From NCBI GenBank assembly GCA_022424905.1, contig JAKMGP010000038.1, forward strand, positions 704 to 64,703: a stretch of 64,000 nucleotides of DNA, in the 5' to 3' direction. The notes under the pieces are model-generated. The model did not search any database. It was given only the letters and a program-made list of their open reading frames with translations, and was not told where the DNA came from. Source of the stretch: Akkermansiaceae bacterium. GTDB taxonomy: Bacteria > Verrucomicrobiota > Verrucomicrobiia > Verrucomicrobiales > Akkermansiaceae. The position numbers and the translations under genes are program-made. Below are positions 37,468-47,286 of this stretch, one piece after another; within the stretch, counting starts at the first letter, position 1, and every line of letters starts with the position of its first letter.

Positions 37468-38658
37468 ATGCCAACTCTGCGGCCTTCTCTGTCATTTCTT
37501 CTTCCGCTTATTGCAGGCGTCGGATTGCTGGCCAAATTACCAGAAATCGCCCCCCTTGCCCGCATTGAGCTGTCCGCTTTCCTCTTTCCCGAGCGCTTTC
37601 AAAAAGATCATTCATTCGTGGACCGGAGTGAGTCCAAAAACTTTCAACTAACCTGTTTAGACTTTACGCCCGATCCTGAAGCTAACCTTAACATTAAGAG
37701 TTACTTACTCGACCAGGAATCGTTAGACATCATGGGACCCGACGGGGGCAGCTCCATCGAATGGGCACAATTTCTCGCTCAAACACGACTTGATGATGAT
37801 CGTCTTACCGTCATCACTTCGTCTCTCTCCTGGGACGATACCTCAGAGCTGGCCATTCTCGCACTACAAGAACAAGTTGACGAAACCCCCTCCTTGGTAA
37901 TTGGTCTTCAGGCGGAATTCATCAACTCTGAAGCCCCGCTTCCGGAGTACCTCAAACCCTCTGCTATCCCACTCGAAATTCCCGCTGGATTTGATCTTCC
38001 CGAAATTGACCACATCCGGCGTCCTTCTTCGATTAACTCCAATTCATTTGGAATCTCCGAGATAAGGGGCCTGAAATTAGAATCTAACGGAGATCAAAAA
38101 CTCGTTCCAATGCTCGTTCGCTGGGACACTCACATTCTACCGAGTCTCACTCTTGCAAGTCTTCTGAAATCTCAACGTCTAAATTCTGCAGACCTTATTT
38201 TAGAAAAAGACGGCTACCTTCGCCTGGGAAGCGAAGGCGTTATTTTAAAGCTAGATTCAAAGGGTCAAGCTGTTCTTCCCAGCAATGAGCCAGATCAAAA
38301 ATCCGCTTCAATTCTTCAAATCTACCCTGAACAAGCTGAAACCTATAAGATTATCACTCCTTCCAGCACTCCGAAGTCAACCTACAGTCTAGAAGATCAT
38401 ATTAGGCAGGCCCTCTCCCAAAAAGCCGTTCACAAACGCACTTACAAACGCTGGCCAGTATCTTTCGAACTCACCCTACTCTTAATTTTCGTTTCGCTTC
38501 TCCATCTCCGGAGGATATGGAGCGAACCTTTTATACTTATTTGCGTGACCGGAGCATCAGTCCTAGCAGGAAAATGGATGCTCCTCTCGCCCCTAATATT
38601 GGTGATTATCACCTTCCACCTCTGCCCGAGGCGCACCTCCCCCCGACAGAAACACTGA
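37468..38658 (+). CDS. CHASE2-like extracytoplasmic sensor domain membrane protein without an output domain
   Basis: N-terminal TM, a periplasmic region of about 300 aa with LVPMLVRWDTHILPSLTLASLL (CHASE2 family YPSLAL-like block), then three C-terminal TM helices. The protein ends right after the last helix. Confidence 0.45.
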   Translation: MPTLRPSLSFLLPLIAGVGLLAKLPEIAPLARIELSAFLFPERFQKDHSFVDRSESKNFQLTCLDFTPDPEANLNIKSYLLDQESLDIMGPDGGSSIEWAQFLAQTRLDDDRLTVITSSLSWDDTSELAILALQEQVDETPSLVIGLQAEFINSEAPLPEYLKPSAIPLEIPAGFDLPEIDHIRRPSSINSNSFGISEIRGLKLESNGDQKLVPMLVRWDTHILPSLTLASLLKSQRLNSADLILEKDGYLRLGSEGVILKLDSKGQAVLPSNEPDQKSASILQIYPEQAETYKIITPSSTPKSTYSLEDHIRQALSQKAVHKRTYKRWPVSFELTLLLIFVSLLHLRRIWSEPFILICVTGASVLAGKWMLLSPLILVIITFHLCPRRTSPRQKH

Positions 38659-38709
38659 AGATCTTCCTTTCCTCTTCCCCCGGAACCACGAAAACGTTAC
38701 TTGTTTGTC

Positions 38710-39414
38710 ATGCGTGATGACGTGAAGCAATTGCTCGCCCTTCAGGACACCGATCAAAAAATCCAGGCACTGGAAGCGGAGCTCGTTCGAATCCCCCAAC
38801 TGCAGGAAGCCGCCAAGGAGCGCCTCGCCAACGACACTCAAGCCCTAGCCACCGCAAAATCGAATTTTCAAGCCAACGAAATCGAAATTAAGAATGTCGA
38901 ACTCGATATCGGCACCCGAAAAAACACAATTGATCGCCTCAAGAACCAACAATTTGAGACAAAGAAGAATGAGGAATATACTAAGCTTGGGGAAGAAGTA
39001 GTTCGTTACGAGAACGAAGTCGACGAGCTTGAGACTCGTGAACTTGAGCTGATGGAGACAGCCGATGATCTCCGATCGAGAATCACTGATGCTGAGCAAA
39101 ACCTAGCCAAGACCCAAGGGCTAGTGGATGAAGAAATAGCGGAACTTCAAGCGCGGTTTGATGACCGCAAAGCTGGGCTAACGGAAACCAAAACAACTCG
39201 CGAAGGCCTCGTTACCCAGATCGATGACGAAGATCTTCTCGATACTTATAATCGGCTTTACAATAAAAGAGAGAGCCAAGCTGTTGTTCGAGTCACTAGC
39301 GAGCGGAGCTGCACCTCCTGCCACGTCCAAGTTACACCTGCAACCTACGCTCTTGCACAGTCCGGAGCAGCGATTGCCCACTGCGACAACTGTAGCGCTA
39401 TTCTCTTCCCTTAA
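38710..39414 (+). CDS. COG1579-type coiled-coil / C4 zinc-ribbon protein
   Basis: A long coiled coil (LLALQDTDQKIQALEAEL...) followed by CTSCHVQV...x..HCDNCSAIL. This is the same architecture as the HP0958/COG1579 family. The first ATG is at 38710; the ORF track starts at a TTG at 38701. Confidence 0.75.
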   Translation: MRDDVKQLLALQDTDQKIQALEAELVRIPQLQEAAKERLANDTQALATAKSNFQANEIEIKNVELDIGTRKNTIDRLKNQQFETKKNEEYTKLGEEVVRYENEVDELETRELELMETADDLRSRITDAEQNLAKTQGLVDEEIAELQARFDDRKAGLTETKTTREGLVTQIDDEDLLDTYNRLYNKRESQAVVRVTSERSCTSCHVQVTPATYALAQSGAAIAHCDNCSAILFP

Positions 39415-39467
39415 GTCAACGTATATCTATATCGGTGTAGTCTAGAGCTTGCTCTGGACCGAGTGAC

Positions 39468-41216
39468 TCAGTCTTCCCGTCTCTTCGTCCTCTTGGACAG
39501 AAAAATCAAAAAAATCCAAAGGAAGCCCCCGATCAAGCCGCTTAACGCAAACCAATCACCAAAAGCTGCGTAAAGGGTGATCTCACCTTCTGAGGGAATA
39601 TAAACGGTGGCTAATAAGTATCCGCGATGGAAGTAACTTCCATTCTCATTCACAAGGTGGCGCGTCTTCTTGGAATAGGGGTCGACCAGCGAGCCAGCTA
39701 AGGTAACAACTCCGGTAACCCCACGGTTAGCACATCGAACCGTCGGTCGCCGTAATTCAATACTACGAAATAAGGCATTCCGGAAATGTTGCACAGATCC
39801 CTCGCTTTCCTGAAACCAACCGTCATTCGTGACATTCACCAAAAGTTGGGGCCCATTACGCACAAACTTTCGGGTCAGTCGAGGCACAGTATCTTCAAAA
39901 CAGACCGAAGGAATCACACCAATTGGTTGCCCACCAATTTTTGCCTCCAAAGGTTCAAAAACAGAACCACGGCTCAATCCTTTGCCAAATTCCACACCCG
40001 TTGTTCGAAAATATAGGTCATGCAAAAATGGTAAATCTGGGATGAATTCACCAAGGATGACTAGATGGTTTTTCTGGTAACTCTGTCTACCCCCTTTTCC
40101 ATCATCTATAATTAGGGAGTTAAAGACATCCGCCTCTGGATCAACCACGGTTTGACCGCGCACTTCATTCATCCCAAGCACAAAGGTAAAATCTCCTAAG
40201 CTGTGAATATATTCAAAAACACTCTCAACTTTCGGCCCCCCTACAATTGACCCGTTTTCCTCTCCATGAAGAAAGGCGGGCAAACAGGCTTCCGGCCAAA
40301 TCACAAGGTCAGGCATTCTGATCCCCACGATTTCCTCGTCTGATTCAGTCCCTCGCGCAGCTTTTGTTGCTTCGCGGAAAACCTCCTCCATACCCTCTGC
40401 CGTTAATTCCTCAAAACCTCCTGAGATTTTTGAGGGCTCCCATAAAATCTTGTCGGCAAACTGCGGAATATCCTGTTGTACCATCAAAACCCGACCTTCA
40501 ATCTTTGGCTCATTTGTGACCGAAGAAAGCCGAATGGTTCCCCAAGTAAACGCCAACATAATTACCAGCAGCGCGGTCGCGAAATCCCAATGAAGAATCC
40601 TCAACTCATTTGCTCGAAACTGTTGGTAAAAACGCCGCACCGTCTGCACCGTTACTGCGCTAAAAAAGACCGGCAGAAATGAGAGGCCGATCACGCCAAC
40701 ATATTCAGCGTTCTGCGCCAAAATAAGATTTTTGGCAAACGTTACGCCCAAGCCGTTCCAACCAAACCCCGTCATGAGCCAACCACGCACCCACTCTAGC
40801 CCGCACCAAAACCCTCCAAGCAAAGTTGCATAACCAAGGCTTCGCAAACTTTGGCGCGCCCGATCGCGAATCGTCTTTGCTCTCTCATACTCCACTCGAC
40901 AAGGATTAGCGGGACCTGAGGCGAAGGCCCCAAATAGACCAAAGTAAGCGGAAAGATAAGCTGACAAGGCCAGAGCTCCTGGCCAAGTCACTGTCCCAAG
41001 CCACTTGAGATTGATCACCCAGAACCCCATGCCAGCTAGCCAAGCCAATCCGAAGCCTCTAAGACTACGGCTCTTACCCTTCACCGTCCAAAGCAAAGGG
41101 AGCAACAGCCACATCCACCCCCACACCATCCAAGCCTCATCAAATGGTACAAAGCTAAAAGCAAGGGCTATGCCGCTTAAAACAGCTGCCAAGATTCTAA
41201 AAAAACGGACCATCAT
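39468..41216 (-). CDS. lnt: Apolipoprotein N-acyltransferase
   Basis: N-terminal polytopic membrane region plus a CN-hydrolase domain (VIWPEACLP, GVIPSVCFEDT, NVTNDGWF). The start at ATG 41216 forms an ATGA overlap with the stop of the upstream mutase. The ORF-track start at 41255 would overlap that gene by 43 bp. Confidence 0.85.
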   Translation of the reverse strand: MMVRFFRILAAVLSGIALAFSFVPFDEAWMVWGWMWLLLPLLWTVKGKSRSLRGFGLAWLAGMGFWVINLKWLGTVTWPGALALSAYLSAYFGLFGAFASGPANPCRVEYERAKTIRDRARQSLRSLGYATLLGGFWCGLEWVRGWLMTGFGWNGLGVTFAKNLILAQNAEYVGVIGLSFLPVFFSAVTVQTVRRFYQQFRANELRILHWDFATALLVIMLAFTWGTIRLSSVTNEPKIEGRVLMVQQDIPQFADKILWEPSKISGGFEELTAEGMEEVFREATKAARGTESDEEIVGIRMPDLVIWPEACLPAFLHGEENGSIVGGPKVESVFEYIHSLGDFTFVLGMNEVRGQTVVDPEADVFNSLIIDDGKGGRQSYQKNHLVILGEFIPDLPFLHDLYFRTTGVEFGKGLSRGSVFEPLEAKIGGQPIGVIPSVCFEDTVPRLTRKFVRNGPQLLVNVTNDGWFQESEGSVQHFRNALFRSIELRRPTVRCANRGVTGVVTLAGSLVDPYSKKTRHLVNENGSYFHRGYLLATVYIPSEGEITLYAAFGDWFALSGLIGGFLWIFLIFLSKRTKRRED

Positions 41217-43120
41217 TCCATGCGTTGATAAGCGTCTTTCTCCAAGGCTGCCCAAAGTGCATCCAACGATCTCTGAACCTCATCCTTGTTTTCGCCCTTC
41301 CCAAAAAGGTAATATTTTATTTTCGGTTCGGTCCCAGAAGGACGGACCGCAAATCGACGCCCATCCGCCAAATCCACAAAAAGCATCGAGGCTGCGGGTA
41401 GCTCATCCCCCTCTTGGTCGTAAAATCCCCCTCTTTCGTAATCTCTCACCGCAATGGCATCCGAACCATCCACTATGGCCGGAGGATCCACACTGTAAGA
41501 TTTCACCAAGGCAGCGATTTTCCGCGCTCCCTCTCCTCCCTCCATCACAAGCGATTTCCCCTCCTCCAGATGAACTCCATATTCACCCCAGATTCGATCA
41601 CGAAGCCCAGCAATCGAAGTGCCCTCGCTCATTGCGTAAGCAGCCAATTCGGCAAACATTACAGCTGAGGCATTCCCATCTTTGTCCCGAACAAAATCAC
41701 TCCCAAGATAGCCATAGCTTTCTTCTCCACCAAAAACGAAGAACTTCGAATACTCCAGTCGAAGCTTCCGACTCTCTTCTTCGGTCAAGTTTCGATAATC
41801 ACCTTTCTTTTCATTTGGTATCGCGTCCTCATACTTCTTAAGCTTTTCCCCTATATACTTAAATCCAGTTAGTGTATCTATTACGCTTATGCCGTATTTT
41901 TCAGCAATAGACCGCTGTAAATCAGTTGTTACTAACGTTTTCACTAAAACCGCCCGACTTCGATTACTCTCAGTGATCCAACCAAGATCAAACATCGTCT
42001 TAATACGATACCAGCCCAGCAAAGAACCGATCTGATTTCCCGTCAATAACTCCATTTCACCCACATCATTGCGAATCGCAACCCCCATACGGTCACAATC
42101 TGGATCAGTTGCAATGACCGCATCCGCGCCCACTTCCTCCGCCAACGCGATCCCCTTCGCAAGAGCTGGAGCATTCTCAGGATTTGGGGATTCGACTGTT
42201 GGAAACCTTCCGTCTGGCCCGTCTTGCTCAGGCACCGTGACGACCTCAAACCCAAGCTCGCGAAGCATCGGCACGATGATCACCCCTCCAGTTCCATGAA
42301 GGTTAGTATAGACAACCTTGGCCTTCCTCGTCTCAAGCAAATCGGGACGTAAGAGCACCGTCTTCAACTTGTCCATGTAGGTCCGATCCATATCGACCCC
42401 AAGAACGGTCAATTCGCCTTTTTCACCTTCAGGAAGAACTTCATAATTTTCACTCTCCAATGCGTTGACTTCATTAATTACCCCAGTCGCGTGAGGCTCA
42501 ACCAACTGCCCGCCATCATCAATGTAAGCTTTAAAGCCATTATCATGTGATGGGTTATGACTTGCCGTGAGACACACACCTGAATCAGCCCGCAAGTAAC
42601 GAACTGCAAAGGAAATCTCAGGCGTGGCACGCTCCGCCTCAAAAAGATAGGCATCGCACCCTAGGTCCGTCGCGACATTTGCGCAGGTTTCTGCGAAATC
42701 ACGTGAAAAATGACGGGTATCGTGGCCGATCACGAGCGACGGACGCCCTTCCCCAGAAAAAGACTTCTTCACGTATCTCACTAGTCCAATCATCGCGCGC
42801 TTGAGATTAAAAAAGTTCATTGAAGCCGTTCCGACACAAGGATGCTCTGGTCGATCAAGCGGCCCGCCTACCCCTCGCTCGGCCCGTGTGACAATCTTCC
42901 CGATCGTCCGACCGCGCAGACCACCCGTCCCGAAGGCCATTGTTTTAAAGAATCGATCATCAATCTCCTGCCATTCACAGGATTTGAGCAACTCCAAGAT
43001 GGCAGCTGGACCCACCGGCGAATTCGCGCCCTGAAGATAGAGATGGATATTGGCCCCAGCCTCCGCAGAAACGTCACCACAGCTTATAGCATCATCAAGA
43101 AGGGATTTCCATTCGCTCAT
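41213..43120 (-). CDS. Phosphoglucomutase/phosphomannomutase family phosphosugar mutase (PgcA-like)
   Basis: Active-site TASHNPSHDNGFK, Mg-binding ATDPDCDRMG, and sugar-binding GGEESYG. The ATG at 43120 is preferred over the TTG at 43159. Confidence 0.85.
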   Translation of the reverse strand: MSEWKSLLDDAISCGDVSAEAGANIHLYLQGANSPVGPAAILELLKSCEWQEIDDRFFKTMAFGTGGLRGRTIGKIVTRAERGVGGPLDRPEHPCVGTASMNFFNLKRAMIGLVRYVKKSFSGEGRPSLVIGHDTRHFSRDFAETCANVATDLGCDAYLFEAERATPEISFAVRYLRADSGVCLTASHNPSHDNGFKAYIDDGGQLVEPHATGVINEVNALESENYEVLPEGEKGELTVLGVDMDRTYMDKLKTVLLRPDLLETRKAKVVYTNLHGTGGVIIVPMLRELGFEVVTVPEQDGPDGRFPTVESPNPENAPALAKGIALAEEVGADAVIATDPDCDRMGVAIRNDVGEMELLTGNQIGSLLGWYRIKTMFDLGWITESNRSRAVLVKTLVTTDLQRSIAEKYGISVIDTLTGFKYIGEKLKKYEDAIPNEKKGDYRNLTEEESRKLRLEYSKFFVFGGEESYGYLGSDFVRDKDGNASAVMFAELAAYAMSEGTSIAGLRDRIWGEYGVHLEEGKSLVMEGGEGARKIAALVKSYSVDPPAIVDGSDAIAVRDYERGGFYDQEGDELPAASMLFVDLADGRRFAVRPSGTEPKIKYYLFGKGENKDEVQRSLDALWAALEKDAYQRME

Positions 43121-43130
43121 TTCGCTAGCA

Positions 43131-44048
43131 ATGCTAGAACGGCCCCGCGCAATGTCCAACCCTCGCCTTCATGAAATTATCTCACGCTCTCTCGAAAGGC
43201 GTGAAAGCCTGCAAAATGGAGAAACAAACCTAATCCGCCTGATTGATGGACAAGGCGATAACCTCAATGGGCACATCCTCGAGCAGTATGGCAAGGGCTG
43301 GCTCATTTCAACTACTGGATCTAATTTGAGAAGAGAGTTAAGTGACATCCTTGCTAGCTACAAAAAGCCCCTTTACTGGAAAAGACTAGACCAGCACCAA
43401 AAGGAATCACCTGTCCACCTATGCGGTGAAGAACTCCCCGAATTCTTCACCGGTCTCGAAAACGGATTAAAATGCCGTCTTTCTTTCAAATCCGGCTACT
43501 CTCAAGGAATTTTTATTGATCAAAGAAACAATCGCGAGGCATTAAGAAAAATGGTCAAACCGGGAGAAACCGTTTTAAACACATTTGCTTATACTGGATT
43601 CTTCTCAATCGCCGCCGCAGCGGCCGGCGCAGTCACCTCTTCTCTCGACCTTTCACAAGTTTACCTAGACTGGACTCGCGAGAACTTTCTCCTCAACGGC
43701 ATCGATCCAAAAGATCACTACTTTTGCAAAGGAGACACCTTTCACTGGCTTCGCCGATTCGCCAAACAAAGCCGCTTTTTTGACTACATTATTCTCGATC
43801 CACCCACTTTCTCACGCGACGACAAAGGCAAGGTTTTTCGTGTTGAGAAAGATTACAATCAACTCTTCAAGCTCGCTTCCGCCTGCCTCGCCCCGGGCGG
43901 TAAAATTCTAGCCTGCACTAATTTCCGGGGCATCAACACTAGTGAATTTATGAAGCAGCTTCACGGGGCGGAACTCCAGATCAGCCCGATGCCAGAAGAC
44001 TTTCCCGACACTCCTTATTTAAAATCAATCTGGGCCACTTTCCGCTAG
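43131..44048 (+). CDS. Class I SAM-dependent RNA methyltransferase (RlmI/RlmK-like catalytic domain, no PUA)
   Basis: VLNTFAYTGFFSIAAAAAGA (motif I), IILDPPTFS (motif IV) and LACTN. Possible starts are the ATGs at 43131 or 43152. The ORF-track start at 43050 is a TTG inside the divergent mutase gene. Confidence 0.7.
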   Translation: MLERPRAMSNPRLHEIISRSLERRESLQNGETNLIRLIDGQGDNLNGHILEQYGKGWLISTTGSNLRRELSDILASYKKPLYWKRLDQHQKESPVHLCGEELPEFFTGLENGLKCRLSFKSGYSQGIFIDQRNNREALRKMVKPGETVLNTFAYTGFFSIAAAAAGAVTSSLDLSQVYLDWTRENFLLNGIDPKDHYFCKGDTFHWLRRFAKQSRFFDYIILDPPTFSRDDKGKVFRVEKDYNQLFKLASACLAPGGKILACTNFRGINTSEFMKQLHGAELQISPMPEDFPDTPYLKSIWATFR

Positions 44049-44150
44049 AAAAGGATAACCTTTTCCAGCAAACTGTAATCTCGATCCCTCAGCACGACAT
44101 TCAGGTCTAACAACTTGAGCGGTCTTGAAACATCGGGCACTTTATGAGAG

Positions 44151-44226
44151 TGGTGGCTCATCCCGGAATCGAACCAGGGACACAAGGATTTTCAATCCTC
44201 TGCTCTACCAACTGAGCTAATGAGCC
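44151..44226 (-). tRNA. tRNA-Phe (anticodon GAA)
   Basis: The reverse complement reads GGCTCATTAGCTCAGTTGGTAGAGCAGAGGATTGAAAATCCTTGTGTCCCTGGTTCGATTCCGGGATGAGCCACCA. It folds into a 76-nt cloverleaf with a 7-bp acceptor stem, anticodon loop TTGAAAA, T-loop TTCGATT and an encoded CCA. Confidence 0.95.
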
Positions 44227-44306
44227 AAACAATCTCCGTTGCGGGCGGGTGATAAGATGGACCGGGAGGCTTGGCAATATAAAATGACTCTGAAGGCCCC
44301 ATTTTT

Positions 44307-45368
44307 TCAATCCCCCCCTTCGAGCAGCTCCATGAATTGAGGTAGCACATTTAAGAAAAGTGAGTTCTTGCCACCCCGCGACAACTGGCTTGCGACCAAG
44401 CCTGCTGAATCATCGCAATCAGCAGGCCCGCTAAAGTCGACGCTGTGGCTCTCGGCACGAATCGATTGGCAAAGGTGAGGATTTCCGACCCCACGACTGA
44501 CCCTCGCCTTAAAATTTGGCGCGCTTATCTCCAATTCTGAAATCGGAGCTCCCTCGTCATCCCAAATTAACTCAACGACAATCTCCCTGCCTTCGCGGGA
44601 TTCTAAGATCACTCGGCCGGCCTCTTGGGAGTGAACCGACCAACCAGAACGCGTAATCACCCAGGACAACATCAGGAGGGCCGCGATACGATATTTCGAC
44701 TGAGCTTTAACTCTCACCCCTTTGATTTCAGGGAAAGCTTTATGAGCCATCGGATCGTCAAAAAGTCGAGCAACCGCCAGGCGATAAAAGTAACTTCTCG
44801 TCCACGACAGATCTTGCGTTACCAATCCACCCTTCGTGTCGGAGCGTGCCTTTAGTAGCCGCCTAAACCCCATTTTGGGATCACCCCAGTCAGAGCTATC
44901 AAAAACCAGTCGGTCCAAAAGCCGATAGAGCCGTTCTTCAAAAAGCTCACTAAACTCGCCCTGCCACCAAAAAACTAAAGGAAGATCGCTATTCAGATGT
45001 GCAAAAACAGTATTCCGAAGTCGCCCAAGCGACTTTCCGTGAAGCAAAAACGAGACTTGTTCGGAGCAGATCGACTTTTTGCCGTGCGCGAGATGACAAT
45101 GGGCTGTTATCCAAGACTCAACTTTCGCATCGGTGGCCTTACGATTCATCGCAATTAAAACTGCCCGACATGCATTTTCTCGGGTGAGTTCTTGGATCGT
45201 TTGCGAATTCTCCTGCAACTTTGAAGGGTCTTCAGTATATACTAAAAAATTCATCAACGACGCATTCGTACTCGCCTCATCAGCTTCCCATAGCTTCTTC
45301 AGCTCACCATCGATCGCGCCAACCTCAACTGGCATCCCGAGATATTTCGTGGAATTTAATATACTCAT
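44307..45368 (-). CDS. opcA: Glucose-6-phosphate dehydrogenase assembly protein OpcA
   Basis: It lies immediately downstream of zwf, with fitting size and an N-terminal block (ELKKLWE...ASLMNFLVY) as in OpcA. The ATG at 45368 is preceded by GGAGGA 10 nt upstream. The ORF-track start at 45386 is a TTG. Confidence 0.75.
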   Translation of the reverse strand: MSILNSTKYLGMPVEVGAIDGELKKLWEADEASTNASLMNFLVYTEDPSKLQENSQTIQELTRENACRAVLIAMNRKATDAKVESWITAHCHLAHGKKSICSEQVSFLLHGKSLGRLRNTVFAHLNSDLPLVFWWQGEFSELFEERLYRLLDRLVFDSSDWGDPKMGFRRLLKARSDTKGGLVTQDLSWTRSYFYRLAVARLFDDPMAHKAFPEIKGVRVKAQSKYRIAALLMLSWVITRSGWSVHSQEAGRVILESREGREIVVELIWDDEGAPISELEISAPNFKARVSRGVGNPHLCQSIRAESHSVDFSGPADCDDSAGLVASQLSRGGKNSLFLNVLPQFMELLEGGD

Positions 45369-45370
45369 TG

Positions 45371-46927
45371 CTAGAGTCTCCTCCAAGTGCGCCCATCCTT
45401 GGCGAGCAATTCATCGGCTTCCCACGGCCCCCACGATCCAGCGGGAAATTGTGCGATCGGCAGTTGCTCACTGTTATCTGCCCAAGCCTTATGAATCTTA
45501 TCAATAAAACGCCATGCCTCCTCCACTTCATCACGACGCGCAAATAAAGTTGCATCGCCCGCCATAGCATCAAGAAGGAGACGTTCATAAGCTTCAGGAC
45601 TACTCTTTCCGAAGCTACTAGCGTAGTGAAAGTCCATTTTTACAGGCTCCATACGTAAAGTCGTTCCTGGAAGCTTTGAATTCATCATAAGTGAAATCCC
45701 CTCATCTGGCTGAATTCGAATCACAAGAACATTACCAGTCGGCACTCCGCCAGGCATCGCGTTGAAAAGCACACTGGGAGTCTCTTTGAAGTGAACTGAA
45801 ATTTCAGTCGCTTTTTTAGGAAGCCGCTTTCCCACGCGCACATAGAATGGCACTCCGCTCCATCGCCAGGTATCAACCATGCACCGAAGCGCAACGTATG
45901 CTTCGGTCTCTGAGTCGGATTTTACTCGGTCTTCATCGCGATACCCAGGCACTTCCTTGCCATTAATATTCCCTGCAACATATTGACCACGAACAACATT
46001 CTCCGCAACGAGTTCCGGAGTATCCCACTGTCTCAGCGAGCGAATCACCTTCACCTTTTCGTCACGAACTCCATCCGCCGTCAAATCGGTCGGGGGCTCC
46101 ATAGCGACCAAACTCAAAAGCTGTAAGAGATGATTTTGAACCATATCTCGCAGCGCTCCAGCCTCATCGTAGTAGCCCCCACGTCCCCCCTCCATCCCGA
46201 GGTGCTCAGCACAAGTAATTTGAATATGATCAATGTGCTCCTTATTCCACATTGGCTCAAAAATCGCGTTTGCAAAACGAAGAACCATAATATTTTGAGC
46301 CGTTTCTTTACCTAGATAGTGGTCGATCCGGTAGGTATCCTTCTCCTCAAAAGTCCCATTCACAACCTCGTTGAGATGCTGGGCAGTTTCTAGCGTCGTT
46401 CCGAAGGGCTTCTCAACAATCACACGTGACCAACAACCCTCACAACCTGGGTGCTCTTGGCTCAAGCCTGCCTCTTTAAGATTCAAGAGAATATCGTCAA
46501 AATACTCGGGCGCACTTGCAATATAGAAAAGTCGATTCCCCTTCCCTCCACGTTCACGGTCAATCTCATCAAGGCGATCAGAAAGCCTTTTGTAGCCGTC
46601 CTTATCTTGAAACTCACTTTTATGGTATTCGATATTTGCTGCCAAACTTTCCCAAATTTCTCCATCGTGTCCCGTGCGAGAAACCTGACGATTTAACACT
46701 TCAAGCCCCTCACGAAAAAACTCATCAGACCAATCTCGACGGGCAAACCCCAGAATCTTAACCCCCGCTGGTAGTTCCCCATCGATCGCCAAATTATAAA
46801 GTGCGGGAATTAGTTTGCGATGGGTCAAATCACCCGTGGCTCCAAAAATGACAACACTACATGCCTCGGCAAGATTGCGGGACACTAAATCCTCGCGGAA
46901 TGGGTTATTCACGGCGCTTTTTCCCAC
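45371..46927 (-). CDS. zwf: Glucose-6-phosphate 1-dehydrogenase
   Basis: NADP-binding VIFGATGDLTHRKLIPALY and active-site RIDHYLGKE, with full-length similarity to Zwf. Confidence 0.95.
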   Translation of the reverse strand: MGKSAVNNPFREDLVSRNLAEACSVVIFGATGDLTHRKLIPALYNLAIDGELPAGVKILGFARRDWSDEFFREGLEVLNRQVSRTGHDGEIWESLAANIEYHKSEFQDKDGYKRLSDRLDEIDRERGGKGNRLFYIASAPEYFDDILLNLKEAGLSQEHPGCEGCWSRVIVEKPFGTTLETAQHLNEVVNGTFEEKDTYRIDHYLGKETAQNIMVLRFANAIFEPMWNKEHIDHIQITCAEHLGMEGGRGGYYDEAGALRDMVQNHLLQLLSLVAMEPPTDLTADGVRDEKVKVIRSLRQWDTPELVAENVVRGQYVAGNINGKEVPGYRDEDRVKSDSETEAYVALRCMVDTWRWSGVPFYVRVGKRLPKKATEISVHFKETPSVLFNAMPGGVPTGNVLVIRIQPDEGISLMMNSKLPGTTLRMEPVKMDFHYASSFGKSSPEAYERLLLDAMAGDATLFARRDEVEEAWRFIDKIHKAWADNSEQLPIAQFPAGSWGPWEADELLAKDGRTWRRL

Positions 46928-47286
46928 ACCCCGAACACCTTTTCAACCCCCAAGCATTTCTTTTGTGTCTTGAGGGCTCGTAATCCCGCCCCAGAAACAG
47001 CGCTTAGCCCTCTCCCTGACCCTCACCCCAATGAGAGCGCTTTCGACTCATTTCATTCTCCATTAGACACCTCAAACCTTTAATCTTCCTGAGCTAAAGA
47101 GGACTACTTTAATCTACAGCAGGCCGATCTGCCGAAAAGATTTCGATTTCGAACCCATTCATTTTTTCTCAAGGAGATTTTTCCGGTTGTATTGGATAAT
47201 CACGACACCTCAGATACTGTGCCAAACATACCCTCAGGCAAGAAAGTCTTGCTTCCTCTCTGGTCCGGGGGCATTTCAATCCCCCT

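Noticed and set aside
41005-41841. A 278-aa plus-strand ORF spanning the lnt/mutase junction.
   Set aside because: It is antisense to two well-supported genes. The translation is low-complexity (P/S/H/R-rich) with no recognisable motif. This is typical of shadow ORFs.
47007-47029. A C-rich tract gccctctccctgaccctcacccc that resembles halves of REP-like palindromic elements.
   Set aside because: No inverted partner is adjacent, and I noticed no second copy in the window. I treat it only as a compositional oddity.
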